Shown: piece by piece, positions 6,569 through 7,328 of the stretch
Numbering within the stretch: the first letter of the stretch is position 1
Layout of the letters: each line of letters opens with the position of its first letter
Assembly (NCBI GenBank): GCA_000388065.2
Contig: KB932204.1
Length of the DNA: 7,328 nucleotides
Reading direction: 5' to 3' (one strand)
DNA from: Fonticula alba ATCC 38817
Taxonomy: Eukaryota; Protista; Nucleariida
The notes under the pieces: generated by a model
The model's database searches: none
The model's input: the letters and a program-made list of their open reading frames with translations, nothing else
What the model was told of the DNA's origin: nothing
Program-made: the position numbers and the translations under genes

Positions 6569-7294
6569 CCCCCCCCCTCCTGCCGCCCCTCCGCACTCCT
6601 ATCTTGCACAATATACACCAGCACACCGATGCCATTCAATGTTTTAAAGAAGAAAATTGGGGGTGGGGAAGCGGAGACCAAGCAATCCGCCAACCATGGG
6701 AGACCAGACCGCGAATGTAGGCGTTCCAGTGCGTCCCGGGTCGGCGTGCCCGTGGTCTGTATCCGACAAAAATTGGGGGTGCAACCGAGTACTACTTCCC
6801 ACCACAGCTCCTGCCAGCTTTTTGCTCCCCTCCGAAGAGGGCAGCAAAGCGCCGGAGGGGTTGCGGAGGGAAGCAAGGGCGTACCGGTCGCCTCTCCTGA
6901 GGGGCAGTCCGCCCAGGGCAAGCCCCAGAGAGGACACATCGCAATCAGGAGAGAGGGGAGGAGGGGACGCCAGGGTTAACTGACGTGTGGTGTTTCCTTA
7001 CTCTTTGGTTTGGGCAAAGATCGTGGTCTTGGTCGGCACCCTGGCCAGGGTACCGGCTGGAGGGAGGTGGCTGATGAGAGTCCGGAGGCTTGCTGGCGAG
7101 GACCGGGATGAGCGTGAGGCGTCTCTGTTCACCCCGGGGGGATGCACGGGGGGAGGGGGGGGGGGGGGGGAGAGAAAGCGGCTTCCGCGCCGCTGGCCGG
7201 GCCACACACACACCCCGACTCACATTCCGGCCTGCGCGCGCACCCTGTTGAGCGGCGAGACCCCCCCCCCGTTCCGCCCCCGCCCCCCCCCCCC

Positions 7295-7328
7295 CCCCCG
7301 CCCCCAGATGCTCTCTGGCCATCCCCAA
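7295..7328. repeat. Direct repeat copy 2 (34 nt visible)
   Basis: Identical to 4488-4521, offset 2807 nt; right end cut by the end of the window. Confidence 0.95.

Noticed and set aside
4864-6720. Plus-strand ORFs 4864-5835 (323 aa) and 5866-6720 (284 aa)
   Set aside because: Antisense mirrors of ERG25; strong C/G third-position bias removes stops on the opposite strand.
5857-6939. 360-aa minus-strand ORF as an N-terminal extension of ERG25
   Set aside because: Crosses an N gap, translates G/C runs and the 8-bp array, and family similarity starts only at ATG 6120, which has a good accATGg context.
4488-7328. LTR retrotransposon or DNA transposon interpretation of the flanking repeats
   Set aside because: No TG...CA ends, primer-binding site, terminal inverted repeats, transposase or reverse transcriptase visible; the repeat ends are hidden, so a target-site duplication cannot be assessed.

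Overview
Eukaryotic, visibly GC-rich draft-genome window with three N gaps (2225-2734, 3568-4487, 6559-6568); most of the six-frame ORF track is noise from high GC and N runs. Two convergent spliced genes can be rebuilt by hand. (1) + strand, from 336: beta-catenin-like protein 1 (CTNNBL1, Prp19/CDC5L spliceosome-associated ARM protein), with 9 visible exons and further exons, including the C-terminus, hidden in gaps. (2) - strand, 6120-5140: a complete two-exon, 288-aa C-4 sterol methyl oxidase (ERG25/MSMO1/SMO) with three His boxes and a C-terminal KKXX. Introns share an unusual GTRCGY-like donor, YTRAY branch points close to the AG, and C-rich tracts upstream of the branch point, a fungal-like layout (taxon not determinable; an opisthokont or amoeboid protist is a guess). 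The most notable unexplained structure is an exact 34-nt direct repeat (4488-4521 = 7295-7328) that brackets ERG25 and is cut by a gap on one side and the window end on the other. This hints at a ~2.8-kb tandem unit or an assembly loop. Other leads are a GCACCC array upstream of ERG25 and an in-frame hydrophobic signal-peptide-like ORF inside CTNNBL1 intron 4. I found no solid evidence for a new multi-gene system.
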